Below the pieces are notes generated by a model. That model had not been told where the DNA came from. It saw nothing but the letters and a program-made list of their open reading frames with translations, and made no database searches. Source: Saccostrea cucullata (lineage: Eukaryota). From it: a stretch of DNA of 64,000 bases. Positions 62,068-64,000 of the stretch are shown in pieces (position 1 is the first letter of the stretch; each line of letters opens with the position of its first letter). Position numbers and translations under genes: made by a program. The stretch is taken from NCBI RefSeq assembly GCF_032062105.1, contig NW_026940531.1, forward strand, positions 1 to 64,000, read 5' to 3'.

Positions 62068-63060
62068 ATGTGGCGACTAGTAATGATTTTGAGTATTGTA
62101 AGCGTTCAGGGCGAACTGGACCGAGTATGTAAAGTACAGGGAAACATTGTCCAGTGCAGTAAACTGGGTGAAAGCATAACAATGCAAGGATGCGGGAACG
62201 AAGCTGAGATCGGCGGAGAGACTAATTTTACAAGCTCCTAAAACCCGCCTGACCAAGATCACCCCTAAATGTCTACCAAAGTTGAGGATTGTTGATGTGC
62301 GAGGAATTGATCTGTTAACTTGCGATGATTTCAAGGGATTCCCTTTAGTGATCATCAACAGAAGGATCTGTGGAGAAACTGTAAGTAGTAATTTTTTTTA
62401 ATATCTTCTCTCGGTTTTATTGAAATAAAGAAAGTTTATTTATTTATTTCATTTATTTAAACAGACTACCGGGTCATCCACGACTAAAACGACCAGGAAG
62501 CGTCCCAAAATCCCGTTAAAAACCAGACCCATCCCTCAGCACGTCAGGTAATTTAATATGATAAAATAAAAAAAATTATTTTAATGTTTGTGTAATATAT
62601 GTAAATTTTATTTATTTTATTTGATTTTTTTTTAGTTTCTTCCTCAACCATCAACGCAACAAGCACCACAGAGTCGCTTACATCAACAAGGAATTCGTCC
62701 TCTACCCCCACCTCCGAGATTTTAACGCCCACCCCCAGACTTTGATGTAGTCAAGAAGAAGGGTAAGTATTTTTTTAATTTAAAATTAAAGAAGTCTTTT
62801 TATTTTTGAATAAAAAAATCTCCATAGTCTAATTAAACTTTTTTTTAGAGCTCGCTTTAATGACTGCCGTGATCTTCCTGTCAAGTCTCTCGTTCCTGAT
62901 GTTGATACTGGTATGCCTTTTCCTTCACAAGAAGAAGCTGAGAAGGATGAAACGCACCAGAAAACTCCCGCTGGCCGAGGATCTGGGTAGCTCGGATGTG
63001 ATTTTTATAAACAGTCGCGATCGACGGAAGGAGCGCTATTTCGAGACAAAGTTTGAGTGA
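62068..63060 (+). CDS. Four-exon gene or pseudogene for an orphan type I membrane glycoprotein
   Basis: Exons 62068-62380, 62466-62547, 62636-62762 and 62849-63060 with GT..AG introns of 85-88 bp. Signal peptide, Cys-containing domain, S/T stalk, TM helix and KKKLRR stop-transfer. Needs two +1 homopolymer corrections. Confidence 0.6.
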
Positions 63061-63876
63061 ACATTTTTTGTATGTAAACCCCCCCCCCTTTTTTTATTTG
63101 ACGCTGTACATTTTTTTAACATGTATATATTTTCAACTTTTGTATTGATGTGATAAGTTTTCCTCAACCCAAGACGCCAAGAACTCCTTTCAATATCATC
63201 ACCATTAAGAGAAATTGTCGCACTTATCCGTTTAATTTAATTTAACAAAGTGATAATATAAGAAAAATTCTTGTTTGAGCATTGCTCTTGAATCACTGCA
63301 TTTCTGAATTCACAGTTATGTCCTTTTGATTTTTTAAATAGTATCTTAGTCTATGCATCGAAAAGATGATCCTATCGTCCACCTCTTTATAGAGCTAAAA
63401 ATCGTTTAGCAGCTTTAGACCACAATATTCTCATTGGTAGACCAGCACTTACAAAAGACAATGGAAATCCAAGTTAGGTAATTGCTCAAGTCTGACTCGA
63501 ATTCATCGACTTCAAAAATTGGATCAGTCCTTCGGTGAATACAGTGAACACATTCACAATAAGAATCTATAAAATGACGGCATATACGGCCGAGTAATTG
63601 GTTCATTGAATCGCACAAATTGGACAACAGAAGTCTTCTCCGACCTTCCTTTTGCAGCACTTCTTATATATTTTTTTTCAAACATAATTCGGAAGGGAAA
63701 TATATATAATATAATCCATGATTAAATAATGAGAACAAATATGACATTTTAAAATTCATTTCCTTAAACTATACTTTTCACTATGTGGCACTGTACAAAC
63801 AGTGTGCTTCTAACAATTCACTTCTATAGTGTTCCAGGCACTATAAATAAAATTCAATACCTTGTATACAAACTTT

Positions 63877-64000
63877 TAACAGGCCCATGGACCAAACTGC
63901 TCACCTGAATTACTTTGACCTATTTTACTAAAAAAAATTTAAAGTAGAAGGCTTCAAAGTTAACTTAGGTGAGGCAGAAGGCTCAAATTGACCCCACCCC
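63877..64000 (-). mobile_element. 3' end of another HINE/Helentron (runs off the window)
   Basis: aacaggcccatggaccaaactgctcacctga resembles the terminus at 36787. Confidence 0.5.

Noticed and set aside
63330-63660. Possible membrane-protein or GPCR exon on the minus strand
   Set aside because: The hydrophobic frame has several stops and no recognisable motif.

Overview
AT-rich eukaryotic DNA made almost entirely of transposable elements and their fragments. The repeat families resemble those of bivalves, probably an oyster (inference). I found no prokaryotic operon, CRISPR array or rRNA. Two giant inverted duplications abut each other. Palindrome 1 is arm A 957-9216, spacer 9217-11763 and arm A' 11764-20116. 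Palindrome 2 is arm B' 20119-30157, spacer 30158-34418 (a CR1/L2-type LINE) and arm B 34419-59360. Arm B alone carries a ~15.1-kb near-intact Helentron (36787-51930; herpes-tegument-like deubiquitinase, HUH Rep, PIF1 helicase, AP endonuclease), and its empty site is preserved in B'. Junction analysis suggests 11764-34418 is an inverted copy of a tail-to-head junction (B end joined to A start) placed inside one non-autonomous Helentron (HINE). The arms also hold fragments of Gypsy gag, a CMC-type transposase, a Polinton pPolB, a HARBI1-like transposase, a Ngaro/DIRS element, Naiad Penelope-like elements and several HINEs. Other notable items are a 2A-like peptide in the LINE, a conserved structured RNA candidate in the Naiad 3' UTR, and a compact four-exon orphan type I membrane-protein gene at 62068-63060. 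Coordinates were read by eye and may be off by a few bases. Several frameshifts lie in homopolymers and may be long-read consensus errors.
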